Below are positions 15,493-25,068 of a DNA stretch of 27,974 nucleotides, in pieces. Both the position numbers and the translations under genes were made by a program. This stretch comes from Nitrospinaceae bacterium (GTDB lineage Bacteria > Nitrospinota > Nitrospinia > Nitrospinales > VA-1): positions 1-27,974 of the forward strand of contig JBHHVU010000042.1 of assembly GCA_046754465.1 (NCBI GenBank), read 5' to 3'. The notes below the pieces were generated by a model that saw nothing but the letters and a program-made list of their open reading frames with translations, was not told the origin of the DNA and ran no database searches. How positions within the stretch are numbered: the first letter of the stretch is position 1; every line of letters begins with the position of its first letter.

Positions 15493-16731
15493 TTAAACCG
15501 TTAGACTGTTTGCGAACATTTCTTCAAAACTATTCAGATGCGGTTCAATGACCACGGGGGCGTCGAAACTTTCCGCCAGGGCTTCCTGCGTTTTGAGACC
15601 GTTCCCGGTGATGCAGATCACCGTAAGTTCATCCGGATGGATACGGCCCTGTTTCACCAGCTTCTGGGTCACGGCGAGGGTCACCCCGCCGGCGGTTTCG
15701 GTGAAAATTCCCTCGGTTTCCGCCAAGAGTTTCATTCCCTCCACGATCTCGTCATCGCCGACGTCTTCCCCGTAACCTCCGCTCTCCAACGCGGTTTTGA
15801 TTCCATAATAGCCGTCGGCCGGGTTGCCGATAGCGATGGATTTGGCGATGGTTTTTGGTTTGACCGGTTTGATGAAGCCGGCCCCGTTTTTAATGGCGGT
15901 GGTCACGGGAGAGCAGCCCGATGCCTGGGCCGCGAACACCTTGGTTTTCACCTTGCCGATGAGGCCCAGCATTTCAAATTCATGGAAGGCCTTCCAGATT
16001 TTAGTGATCAGGGAACTGCCGGCCACCGGAACGATCACGCTGTCCGGAGCCCTCCATCCAAGCTGTTCGGCTATTTCATAACCGTACGATTTGGATCCAT
16101 CCCCGTAGTAGGGGCGGATATTGATGTTCACGAAGGCCCATTTATGGTTGGCGGCGATTTCACTGCACAACCGGTTGACGTCGTCATAACTTCCATGCAC
16201 GGCGATCAACTGGGTTCCGTAAACCAGCGTCCCGAGAATTTTCCCCGCTTCCAGGTCGTCGGGAATGAAGATGTAGCTCTTGAGCCCCGCCTCGGCGGCG
16301 TGGGCGGCCACGGAATTGGCCAGATTGCCCGTGGAAGCGCACGATACCGTGTCGAAACCGAATTCAATGGTTTTCGATATTGCGACGGAGACCACCCGGT
16401 CCTTGAACGAAAAGGTGGGATGGTTGACGGAGTCGTTTTTCACGTACAGATTATTCAATCCCAGGGCTTTGCCCAGGTTTTTGGTCCGGACCAGCGGGGT
16501 GAACCCCGTGTGCAGACCGACTTTCGGCTCCTCATCGATCGGCAATAAATCCTTGTAGCGCCACATGGAGGGCGGGCCCGACTCGATCGATTTTTTATTG
16601 ACCGACTTTTTGATTTTCTGGTAGTCGTAATCGACTTCTAAGGGACCAAAACAATATTCGCAGACGTGTATGGGCTCCTTCGGATATTCTCTCTTACATT
16701 CCTTGCAGCGTAAACCTTTGACGTATCCCAT
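15493..16731 (-). CDS. thrC: Threonine synthase-family PLP enzyme with N-terminal Zn ribbon
   Basis: Contains CKEC...CEYC, GFTPL, HPTFSFKDR (PLP Lys), CASTGN and ITGNGLK. ATG 16731 is preceded by AAGGA. Confidence 0.85.
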   Translation of the reverse strand: MGYVKGLRCKECKREYPKEPIHVCEYCFGPLEVDYDYQKIKKSVNKKSIESGPPSMWRYKDLLPIDEEPKVGLHTGFTPLVRTKNLGKALGLNNLYVKNDSVNHPTFSFKDRVVSVAISKTIEFGFDTVSCASTGNLANSVAAHAAEAGLKSYIFIPDDLEAGKILGTLVYGTQLIAVHGSYDDVNRLCSEIAANHKWAFVNINIRPYYGDGSKSYGYEIAEQLGWRAPDSVIVPVAGSSLITKIWKAFHEFEMLGLIGKVKTKVFAAQASGCSPVTTAIKNGAGFIKPVKPKTIAKSIAIGNPADGYYGIKTALESGGYGEDVGDDEIVEGMKLLAETEGIFTETAGGVTLAVTQKLVKQGRIHPDELTVICITGNGLKTQEALAESFDAPVVIEPHLNSFEEMFANSLTV

Positions 16732-16742
16732 AAGTTCCTTGA

Positions 16743-17696
16743 TCAAAAATATTGGTAAAAGCTAAAGTACCTTTCCCCCGTATCGGGCAGGATCACCACC
16801 ACGTTTTTACCGGGTCCTAATTCTTTCGCCAACTCGACAGCGGCGCAACAAGCGGCTCCCGAAGAGATCCCCACCAACAGGCCTTCCTCCTTGGCCAGCC
16901 TTTGGGAAAATTGAAACGCGTCTTCGTCCGAGACGGGGCGAATGTGGTCCACAATATCGAGATTCAAGACCTTGGGCTTGAATCCCGCCCCGATGCCCTG
17001 GATCTTATGCGGACCGGGAGGTCTTCCCGACAGAACCGCCGACGTCGCCGGTTCCACCCCAACGATTTTGACGTTCCCATAATGCTGTTTCAACGCCTCT
17101 CCCGCTCCGGTGATCGTACCGCCGGTACCGATCCCGGCAACGAAGGCATGGACCGCCTCGTCGTTCATCGCGGTGATGATTTCCACTCCCGTGGTTTGCC
17201 TATGAATTTCTGGGTTGGCGGGGTTGTTGAATTGTTGCGGCATGAAATAATCCGGGTGTTCCGCCGACAATTCTTCCGCCCGTTCAATCGTCCCTTCCAT
17301 GCCAAACTCGGCCCGGCTCAAATCGACCTGGGCGCCGAAACTTTCGAGAATCACCCTGCGTTCGGCGCTCATGTTTTCCGACATGACCAGGATGACCTTG
17401 TAATCTTTCACCGCCCCCACCAGGGCCAGCCCAATTCCGGTATTGCCGCTGGTCGGCTCGATGATCGTGGAACCGGGTTTCAACAGGCCTCGTTTTTCGG
17501 CATCCTCCACCATGGACAGAGCTATCCGGTCCTTGACGCTTCCGCCCGGATTAAAAAACTCCAACTTGGCGTAAACATTGGCGGTATTGGGAGAAATGAT
17601 TTTATTAAGTTTAACCAAAGGAGTCGAGCCAATCAACTCTAAACAATTCACAAAGCGTGATTTAGGTTTTTCGATCGTCTGGGATTTAAGCGTCAT
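16743..17696 (-). CDS. cysK: Cysteine synthase A (O-acetylserine sulfhydrylase)
   Basis: All canonical motifs present: NPGGSVKDR, EPTSGNTG, QQFNNPAN, GIGTGGT, HKIQGIGAGF and PDTGERY. Confidence 0.93.
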   Translation of the reverse strand: MTLKSQTIEKPKSRFVNCLELIGSTPLVKLNKIISPNTANVYAKLEFFNPGGSVKDRIALSMVEDAEKRGLLKPGSTIIEPTSGNTGIGLALVGAVKDYKVILVMSENMSAERRVILESFGAQVDLSRAEFGMEGTIERAEELSAEHPDYFMPQQFNNPANPEIHRQTTGVEIITAMNDEAVHAFVAGIGTGGTITGAGEALKQHYGNVKIVGVEPATSAVLSGRPPGPHKIQGIGAGFKPKVLNLDIVDHIRPVSDEDAFQFSQRLAKEEGLLVGISSGAACCAAVELAKELGPGKNVVVILPDTGERYFSFYQYF

Positions 17697-17732
17697 GTCC
17701 TTTGGGTTTTCCTTAATTTGGCAAAGGCTTTA

Positions 17733-17761
17733 ATTCTAATGGATATGCCTCGCGCAGTCAA
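17733..17761 (-). promoter_or_regulatory. Sigma70-type promoter of the cysK-thrC-carrier-moeB operon
   Basis: Minus strand TTGACT (17761-17756), 17-nt spacer, TAGAAT (17738-17733), 36 nt upstream of the cysK ATG. Confidence 0.7.
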
Positions 17762-18034
17762 TTAATGGAGTCCGGCCGGGCGCCCTGACCGAACGGCTCC
17801 CGCTTCCCCGGCAAAATGCCCATTCCCACCCCGCCCCGATTCCCTCCAGGGCCTGATCGGGATTCTTGCCAAGGCCTTTGATTTTTCAGGCTTATGAAAT
17901 TGCTAATACTATGCTTGAGAATGGCTCTAAATTCAACTGGAAATATAAGGGGGGGAGGGCGATTTCCGTGAAATTCCTGAAAGGGGAAGGCTCCGGGTTG
18001 CGGCCCGAGAATCCTTGGTTCCGGGAAAGGGGAT

Positions 18035-20572
18035 TCAACTCGGTTCCAGGGATTTTTTGAAATAGCCCAGACGTTTCTGGAATTTTTTGGTGACAAATTC
18101 AGAGTCTTCTTGCGTGGAAATAACGTGCGGGGTGATGAAGATCATCAACTCGGTTTTCGTGGTGGAATCGATATCCGTGCCGAAGAGTTTACCCAGGAAG
18201 GGAATTTTCCTTAAAATGGGGGCTCCCGTGTTGGAGGTGACGGAGTCGGTCCGCATCAATCCTCCCATGACGAGCACCTGGTTGTCCTTGAGGATCACTT
18301 CCGTGTTCAACAGCCGGGTGTTGAAGGAGGGGGTGGTCGTTGTCCCGGTATTCACATCGGGTCCCCGGTTGCTGATTTCCTGGCTGATCTTCAGATGGAC
18401 GTAATTGTCGGAATTGATTTTGGGGGTGATTTCCAGTTTGATCCCCACGCTGCGAAATTGTATGGTGGACGAGACGAGCGGTTGGCTCGCGGTTTGCTGT
18501 GAGATGACGGAGCTTTCGATGGGAATTTCATCCGCGACGGAGATGTTGGCGGATTTGTTGTCCGCCGTGACCAGAATGGGATTGGCCAGGACGTTGGCCT
18601 TGGAATCCCTGGCGAAAGCCTCCAGAAGGGTGATGAACTTGTCCGGCTCGCCCACGAAAAAACTGCCCCCCGGGAGAAACACGGCCGTCGCCGTGCCAAT
18701 TTTGGAACCCAGGGTGCTTCCCGTTTCGATCCCCCCGGCGTAGGTCGTATTGCCTTTGGACCCTTTCAGAGCCCATTGCAGTCCGGCGCGGGTCTCCGCG
18801 TCCAACGTGAGGTCGATGATCAAGACCTCGATCAGCACCTGTTGGGGGAGAAGATCCAGCTTTTTGATCAGTTCCAGGATGGCCGGATGGTTTCTTGGAT
18901 TCGTTCGGATAATCAGCGAATTCGTGTCCTTATCGGCAATGATGGTGACCGTCCCTTCCACTTTGTCGTCAATGCCCCCACGGGTTTGGATGACCAGCCC
19001 CTTGGATTTTGGGGTTGGGGATGGAGTTTTTTTTGCGGGACTGGCGGTCTTGTTATTGAGAGGGTAAGGTTTATTGCCCGGCGCCTTTTTGGTTTCGAAA
19101 GGCTTTCCGGGTTGGGGTGAAGAGGCTGAATGCGACTGGAACATCGCATTGAGAAGATCGGCGAGGGTGATGGCATCGGCATTTTGTACATAATAGACGA
19201 ATGTGCTGACCACGCCCTCGGAAATGGGTTGATCCAGTTTGCCGATCCAGAATTCGATGGTGGGCAGGATGCTCTCGAAGGCGTTGACGACGAGAACGGA
19301 ATTGATGCGTCCCAGGGAAAGGAAGCTGATCGATTTTCCCAACGCGTCGGAATACCCCATGGAGGAGAAGATTTCCTGGAGTTCATCGACGACCGTGTTC
19401 GCGTCGGCGTTTTGAAGTCTGTAAAGCTGGATGTCCGAGGAGGCCAGCTTATCGATGTCCAGCGCCTTCACCACCTTCAGGACGCGTTTGACGTTGGGGG
19501 CCATTTCGATCAACATGAGATTGTTGGTTTCCGGGACCTCCAGGAAATTGGCATTGGGGGAGAGCAGCGGGGCGAGAATTTTTTTCATCGATGCCACGGA
19601 TATGAATTTCAGCGGGATGATCTGAATGATCATCCGTTCCTTGTTGGGGATCAACGGGTCGCTGTCGTAAAAAATGCTCAGCGGTTTTTTGGCCGCGTCC
19701 TTGATGGGCAGGAATCGATAGAAATTGCCGCTTTTCGCCACCGTGATATTGTTCAGGGCGATGATCTGCTCCAGAACCGCGTACAGGTCCTTCACGGGAA
19801 TTTTGTTGAACGTCTGAAGAGTCACCTTGCCCTTGATATTGCCTTCGATCAGATAATCGATCTGCAACAATTCACAAAAGGTGGTGATGACATCGTAAAC
19901 ATCCGTTCCCTCGAAATTGAGGGTGATGTGCTTGGCCTGCCTCAGGCTCTTGGGCAGGGGAGGGGTGGGGTCGAAGATGGATCGATATTTTCTAGAGGAA
20001 ACTTTTTGCCTTTTCTGAACGATTTCCTTGTTCAGGGCCACTTTCTTTTTCTTCGCGGTTTTTTTTCCGGCCGGTTTCACCTCGTCCTCAATGATCGAGG
20101 AAACCAGTTCCGAAACAAAAAATCTTTTATTATGCTGGTCCTGCACCAGGTACCACGCCCCGGTATCGCCGGAATTCCGTTGAATACTCAAAAGCTTGAA
20201 AATATCTCCCTTGGAGCCGGTCCCCACTTTTTTGAACTGGGTGCCCGGACCCCGACGCAGGGGCACATGGCTCCCCGATATTTTCACCCTCCGGCTCACC
20301 GGTTGATCGGGAATTTTGCTCAATTGTTTCTGGTCCAGGAGCGGGTCCGGGGAACGGTCTGTTGACGAGGCGGTGTGGGAAGTTTCAGATTCTCCGGTAG
20401 TGATTTCGATGGCCGGACCGGATTTTTCGGGACCTTTTTTCTCCGGAAGCCGCATGGCTTCTATGGGGTTGTAATTTGCCTCAAGTTCTTCCAGGGCCGA
20501 TTTTTTTTTCGTGGCGCACGCTGGAGAAAGGGCCAGGCTCAATGCCAGCACCATGACAATAAGTCGATTCAT
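18035..20572 (-). CDS. gspD: Type II secretion secretin with N-terminal lipoprotein-like signal and SH3b-like domain
   Basis: N0 (ITLNFEGTD...GKVTL), N1-N3 repeats (TNNLML, INSVLV, TNSLII) and the secretin domain (QVLIEVLI, VGIKLEITP.IN, PILRKIPFLGKLF, ELMIFITPHVI). Confidence 0.93.
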   Translation of the reverse strand: MNRLIVMVLALSLALSPACATKKKSALEELEANYNPIEAMRLPEKKGPEKSGPAIEITTGESETSHTASSTDRSPDPLLDQKQLSKIPDQPVSRRVKISGSHVPLRRGPGTQFKKVGTGSKGDIFKLLSIQRNSGDTGAWYLVQDQHNKRFFVSELVSSIIEDEVKPAGKKTAKKKKVALNKEIVQKRQKVSSRKYRSIFDPTPPLPKSLRQAKHITLNFEGTDVYDVITTFCELLQIDYLIEGNIKGKVTLQTFNKIPVKDLYAVLEQIIALNNITVAKSGNFYRFLPIKDAAKKPLSIFYDSDPLIPNKERMIIQIIPLKFISVASMKKILAPLLSPNANFLEVPETNNLMLIEMAPNVKRVLKVVKALDIDKLASSDIQLYRLQNADANTVVDELQEIFSSMGYSDALGKSISFLSLGRINSVLVVNAFESILPTIEFWIGKLDQPISEGVVSTFVYYVQNADAITLADLLNAMFQSHSASSPQPGKPFETKKAPGNKPYPLNNKTASPAKKTPSPTPKSKGLVIQTRGGIDDKVEGTVTIIADKDTNSLIIRTNPRNHPAILELIKKLDLLPQQVLIEVLIIDLTLDAETRAGLQWALKGSKGNTTYAGGIETGSTLGSKIGTATAVFLPGGSFFVGEPDKFITLLEAFARDSKANVLANPILVTADNKSANISVADEIPIESSVISQQTASQPLVSSTIQFRSVGIKLEITPKINSDNYVHLKISQEISNRGPDVNTGTTTTPSFNTRLLNTEVILKDNQVLVMGGLMRTDSVTSNTGAPILRKIPFLGKLFGTDIDSTTKTELMIFITPHVISTQEDSEFVTKKFQKRLGYFKKSLEPS

Positions 20573-21150
20573 GTTTTCTGGATCTCCTCCGAATCCAACG
20601 GCCGGATAAACCCATCGACCATTAACTTGGTTTGTAATTCCTCGGGACCGGATGAGTTTAACCTGCGGATGACCATATCTTCTATTATCAGGAATTTTTC
20701 AAAGTTTTCCAAGCTATAGATGAACTGGGATAGATTTTTTAAATTGGAGCGGAGGGTGATTTCAACCGGGACGCCCGTCATGCCTTCGATGGATTTGGGT
20801 TTTCCCACCCGGACGCGTCCAATGGACACCGCCGATTTCCGGGCGAATTCCTCGAGAATTTTTTGCAGTCCGGCGGCGGCGAGGCCGGGTTTGGTCTCAT
20901 CCAGAAAACGCCGGGCCAGCGAGTTGTGGGTCTCCCGGTTGGCCTGGATTTTGGCATCGTAGTAGGAGCGCCGGTTTAATACCTCGTGAAATTTCTGAAT
21001 GAACTGGATCTTGTCCTGAATTTGCCGGTCGATTCGCCGCTGTTTATCGAAGATCGGCTGGAACACAAAGGAGATCAGAAGATAACCCCCCACAAGAATT
21101 CCGGCGGAGAGCAAAAGTTTTTTTTCACGGGGGGAGACTTGTTTGATCAT
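20569..21150 (-). CDS. gspM: T2SS GspM/PilO-like inner-membrane protein
   Basis: SPREK followed by one TM helix, a coiled coil and a ferredoxin-like C-terminus (L.QFIYSLE). Lies between L and D with ATGA overlaps. Confidence 0.8.
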   Translation of the reverse strand: MIKQVSPREKKLLLSAGILVGGYLLISFVFQPIFDKQRRIDRQIQDKIQFIQKFHEVLNRRSYYDAKIQANRETHNSLARRFLDETKPGLAAAGLQKILEEFARKSAVSIGRVRVGKPKSIEGMTGVPVEITLRSNLKNLSQFIYSLENFEKFLIIEDMVIRRLNSSGPEELQTKLMVDGFIRPLDSEEIQKT

Positions 21151-22625
21151 GGCAGGACCCCGATTTCGGTTCGGATGGTGAATTTTTCCCCTGACGATTC
21201 GTTGATGATCGCTCCGACAAACCCAGTTTCCCGAAAATAAGCCGATTGTTCCAGCAGGGGAACTAACCTGGAGGCGGTGGAGGAATACCCCTGAATCTCC
21301 ATTTGGTTCTTGGAAAATTTAATATTGGTCAGCCAGGTGTCCGGAGGAAGGGTCCGGGTCAACTCCACCAGAACCGGCAATTTGGAAGGGTAGGTCCGCT
21401 CGATGGCGTTCAGGGTGTCGATGGACTGTTTCAAGGATTCGTATTCGAGATCGACTTTTTCCAGCGTGCCCACCTTGGCCTGGATATCTTCCAGTTGCCG
21501 GTCGAGCTTGACCAGGGTGACGTTGTTGTAAATTATTTTGTTGACGAACATTCCAATCAAAAGCAACAGGGCGGCCGCCGAAAGGCCGATGGTGGTTTTG
21601 ATTTTGAACTTCTTTTTTTTGGGCTGCAACTCCGCCGGAAGCAGATTGGCCTCGATATCATTGCGCCGCAACTCCCGCAATCCGAGGCTGAGGGCGGTGC
21701 CCATATGGGCGGTGGAAAAGTTGTCAGGCGGTTTCGAATCCATGATCCCGGGAAGACGCACCCGGGAGGTCGAGACATCGGTCTCCTCCTGCAACTGTTG
21801 GGTGAGATAGGGCGCGAAGGGTCCGCCTCCCAGAAGATAGATCCGTTCGATGGACTCGGAGTCGTGGATGTTGCGGCAGGAGGATAGGGCCTGCTCCAGT
21901 TCGTCAACAATGATTTGGGTCATTCCCCGCGAAATGACTTCGTAATGTTCGCTGGGAAGGTTGGAGCGAAAGTAAGCTTCACGAAAGTCGGGATCGTTCA
22001 TGGGGACGTTCCGGGAAAATTCGAGGGTCCGGTTCTTGATGATGGCCAAATCCAGCCCCGTCGGGCAAAGATCTATGATGGCGGCAAGGGACTCCTCATT
22101 CTCCGGGTCGGATGCCACCAGGTTGACGTTGGCGAAGGTGGGCACATCGAGAATGGTGGGTTTCAGGTTCAAACGGCCCAGCAGATCCAGAAAATAATTG
22201 GCGGTCTCTTTGCGGATGGCCGCGGAAATTATTTGAAACAGGTTTTCTTTCTTGAGCCGGGCATAATACCCGATGTACAAGCCCTCCACCTCGCTGGACA
22301 AGTGCCTCTCCAGTTCGAACTCGATCATGGAGTCGACCGCCTTGAGGTTGGGCGCCGGGAGATCGAAAAACTGGAAGGTGAAATGATTACGCGGAAGGCT
22401 GATGACCACGTTTTCCGGCCAGATGTCGTTTTTCATGAGGAACTGGTTGATTTCCTCCAGGAAATATTTTTCCGATGTCTCGTCTTTTGGGGACAGGGGC
22501 GGGACCCTGGAAAAATGGGCGTCGATGATCTGAATGGATCCCAATTTTTTCCCGAGAAGGGTGAGGGCCAGGGACTCCTCGCGGATATCCAGGCCGAGTG
22601 ATTTTTCAGGATAAAATTTCTTCAT
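21147..22625 (-). CDS. gspL: T2SS GspL-like protein (PilM-like cytoplasmic domain, TM, PilN-like domain)
   Basis: SLGLDI start, IYLLGGG, NLLP motif, TM helix, and LVELTRTLPPDTWLT...IQGYS PilN domain. Confidence 0.8.
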   Translation of the reverse strand: MKKFYPEKSLGLDIREESLALTLLGKKLGSIQIIDAHFSRVPPLSPKDETSEKYFLEEINQFLMKNDIWPENVVISLPRNHFTFQFFDLPAPNLKAVDSMIEFELERHLSSEVEGLYIGYYARLKKENLFQIISAAIRKETANYFLDLLGRLNLKPTILDVPTFANVNLVASDPENEESLAAIIDLCPTGLDLAIIKNRTLEFSRNVPMNDPDFREAYFRSNLPSEHYEVISRGMTQIIVDELEQALSSCRNIHDSESIERIYLLGGGPFAPYLTQQLQEETDVSTSRVRLPGIMDSKPPDNFSTAHMGTALSLGLRELRRNDIEANLLPAELQPKKKKFKIKTTIGLSAAALLLLIGMFVNKIIYNNVTLVKLDRQLEDIQAKVGTLEKVDLEYESLKQSIDTLNAIERTYPSKLPVLVELTRTLPPDTWLTNIKFSKNQMEIQGYSSTASRLVPLLEQSAYFRETGFVGAIINESSGEKFTIRTEIGVLP

Positions 22626-23590
22626 GGCTCAATGAAATTGTCGTTCCAATAATGGGTCAGCAAGACCGCCTGGTTCGGGTCGTCCTTCTTTTCCATCACC
22701 GTGACGATGGTGTGGCGGGTCTGGCTCCCATCGATTTGCCCCATCGATTGGACTCTGAAGTGACTGGAGGGGGTATCGTTGTAATACCCCTTGGTTGCCC
22801 TTTCTTCAAGGATGGTCTTTACCTGGGATTCATTGAACAGAATGGACAGAACTTCCGGGCTGGCGGTGTTTGGGTTTACGGAGGAAACTTCATACACCGT
22901 AAAGATCTGATCCAGGCCCTGGTAGCCCCCTTCCTGCCCGTCGGGAGAACCGTACAGAATTTCCTTCGTGACCCCGCGGACCCGCAGCAATTCATCCAGG
23001 GTTTCCAATTTGGCATTCTTGGCCTTGTAAGGCGGATTGAGGGTCCGGTAATAATCGTTCTCGGCGCCATTGATCCGGTGGTTGGAATCCGTATCGATCC
23101 AATCGAGAATGGAATCGGCGATGATATCTCGTTTTTCCCCGGCCTCCACGCCGGAGGCGGTCACTGCCTTGATCAAAACGTCCCGGGGAGCGGTGTTGAT
23201 GGAAATTTTGCCGTTTTCATCGGTGATGGTATAGGTGACGGTTCCGTTTCCCAGGGGAAGATTGCTCCGTTCCCGGATGAGAAAATCCGGGCTCTCCTCT
23301 TCTTCGCCGGTGGAGACCGCCGATTTCTTGGGGAGCGGGATTCCGGCAATCCATCCGTACTCGGGATGGATGGAATGGAAACGCGCCGGTTTTAGAATTT
23401 CCGCCATGGCCATGGCGATCCCGGCTTTGGCCAAATAGTAACTTTCGACATCTTCCTTGAAGTTCCTGGTGGTATTCACTTCCATTTTCATGGAAAAAGC
23501 AAACTCGGTCGCCAAGGCCATCAGCAGCACCAGAACCCAGAGCACCACCATCATGGCGATTCCATTTTGATCGGGGTCAGGCCGTTTCAT
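22622..23590 (-). CDS. gspK: T2SS minor pseudopilin GspK
   Basis: G|IAMMVVLWVL (no Glu5), DENGKISINTA, ILDWID, LDELLRVRGV and VNPNTA. Confidence 0.92.
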   Translation of the reverse strand: MKRPDPDQNGIAMMVVLWVLVLLMALATEFAFSMKMEVNTTRNFKEDVESYYLAKAGIAMAMAEILKPARFHSIHPEYGWIAGIPLPKKSAVSTGEEEESPDFLIRERSNLPLGNGTVTYTITDENGKISINTAPRDVLIKAVTASGVEAGEKRDIIADSILDWIDTDSNHRINGAENDYYRTLNPPYKAKNAKLETLDELLRVRGVTKEILYGSPDGQEGGYQGLDQIFTVYEVSSVNPNTASPEVLSILFNESQVKTILEERATKGYYNDTPSSHFRVQSMGQIDGSQTRHTIVTVMEKKDDPNQAVLLTHYWNDNFIEP

Positions 23591-24437
23591 TTTTCATGAC
23601 CGGTAAGGTGAATTCCATCCCCGAATGGAGAGGAATAATAATGGGAGGCAATAAAACCGTACGGGGAGCCTCGTTTTTCCCGGGAACCTGGGTTTCGATG
23701 ATTCCCAGGGAAATAGCGACTCCCCGGGGCAGGGTGAATTTTGCCTCGGGTATCCCCGCCTGGTTGTCAGTGGAGTTCCGCGGGGGGCCGCCCGTGTCCG
23801 AGGGAAGTTCAAAATGAATCTCATCCACCCAATTGCCCTTGAACGCGACGGATTCCTTCTCTTCAATTCCGTTGCCGTTAAGCGAGACTTTTTTAACCTG
23901 GTAATATCTAAACTTTATCCGGGAAACCCCCTTCGCGAGCAGAAAATATTGGGCCTTCGAGGATTGGGAATTAAATTCATCAAATACGCCGCCGTCGGTA
24001 GTATCCCTTTCCATCATGATGATGCCCCTTTCGCGGGTCACCGGATGGGTTCCCACATAGAACTGGACTTCGTGGGCCCATGCCGAGCCATCGGTGGCGG
24101 TGAGTGGGGTGGCGAACGTGACCAGGCGGAGAGAATCCGGCTTGCCCTCAAACGCCAGGATCCGTCGGGGCGCGGAGGTTTTGGAAGCGGCCGAGTTTCT
24201 GTATTCCTCGGGAGATACGACGAAAACAGGATAAACGGAGGTGATTTTTTGCGTCAGTTGTTCCTGGATTATTCTGAATCTCTGAAACGTGTCCGCCTTT
24301 TGTTCTCCCTGGTCCCGGGCGGCGATTCCAAGGCGAATCCCTTGAAGGGAAATGCCGATGATGAACCCCAGGATCGCCAGCGAGAGGATCAATTCCAGAA
24401 GGGTGAATCCGTTGGAATTTTTAAGCGATGGCGTCAT
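23577..24437 (-). CDS. gspJ: T2SS minor pseudopilin GspJ-like
   Basis: Prepilin cleavage motif G|FTLLE plus hydrophobic helix; position between I and K. Start ATG 24437. Confidence 0.82.
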   Translation of the reverse strand: MTPSLKNSNGFTLLELILSLAILGFIIGISLQGIRLGIAARDQGEQKADTFQRFRIIQEQLTQKITSVYPVFVVSPEEYRNSAASKTSAPRRILAFEGKPDSLRLVTFATPLTATDGSAWAHEVQFYVGTHPVTRERGIIMMERDTTDGGVFDEFNSQSSKAQYFLLAKGVSRIKFRYYQVKKVSLNGNGIEEKESVAFKGNWVDEIHFELPSDTGGPPRNSTDNQAGIPEAKFTLPRGVAISLGIIETQVPGKNEAPRTVLLPPIIIPLHSGMEFTLPVMKNETA

Positions 24438-24441
24438 CGGA

Positions 24442-25068
24442 TCAGGACCCTGAAATATTGGAAGATTGCGCCACGCCGCTGATGGATCCCGAACCGGCTC
24501 CGCTGATTTGCGGGCTGGGGGCGAGGGTCGGCGTTTTCTGCGTGGGACTTGGGGATTGGGACGATTGCTGATCCTGGGAAAGGGAGGTCGTCCCACCGCC
24601 GAATACCCTCACGAGCACGGTATCGTCTGCGGGATGGGATTGACCGGTAATTTGCAAGGTTGACAGTTCTATATCCCGGGTATGGGACCCATCCTCCCAC
24701 AGCACTTTCAAAATGATTCGTGACAGGGCGATGTTCGATGCGTCGTCATTCAACGGTGAATCGTAAGGCCTGGTCTCCAATTCCCACCGATAATTTTCAT
24801 CGCTCTCAAACGTTCCGGAAAACTGGTCCATCTGGTAATCCTGAAGCTCCAGCTCACTGAGCTTGGAATTGGCGAGAGTCACGGCTTTCAGGTATTGATC
24901 CGACATGCCCACGGACTTGATGCTTCCGGAAAACATCTTGAGCACCGTCACGAATCCCACGGCCATAATGGCAAGGGCCACGATCACCTCCAACAGGGAA
25001 AATCCCCCGTCACCGGGTTTCCTGGTGGATTTGGGAACTGCCTGTAATGGGGTCGATGGTGATGGCAT
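24442..25068 (-). CDS. gspI: T2SS minor pseudopilin GspI-like with low-complexity C-terminal tail
   Basis: G|FSLLEVIVALAI and YRWELE motifs, and operon position. Confidence 0.82.
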   Translation of the reverse strand: MPSPSTPLQAVPKSTRKPGDGGFSLLEVIVALAIMAVGFVTVLKMFSGSIKSVGMSDQYLKAVTLANSKLSELELQDYQMDQFSGTFESDENYRWELETRPYDSPLNDDASNIALSRIILKVLWEDGSHTRDIELSTLQITGQSHPADDTVLVRVFGGGTTSLSQDQQSSQSPSPTQKTPTLAPSPQISGAGSGSISGVAQSSNISGS

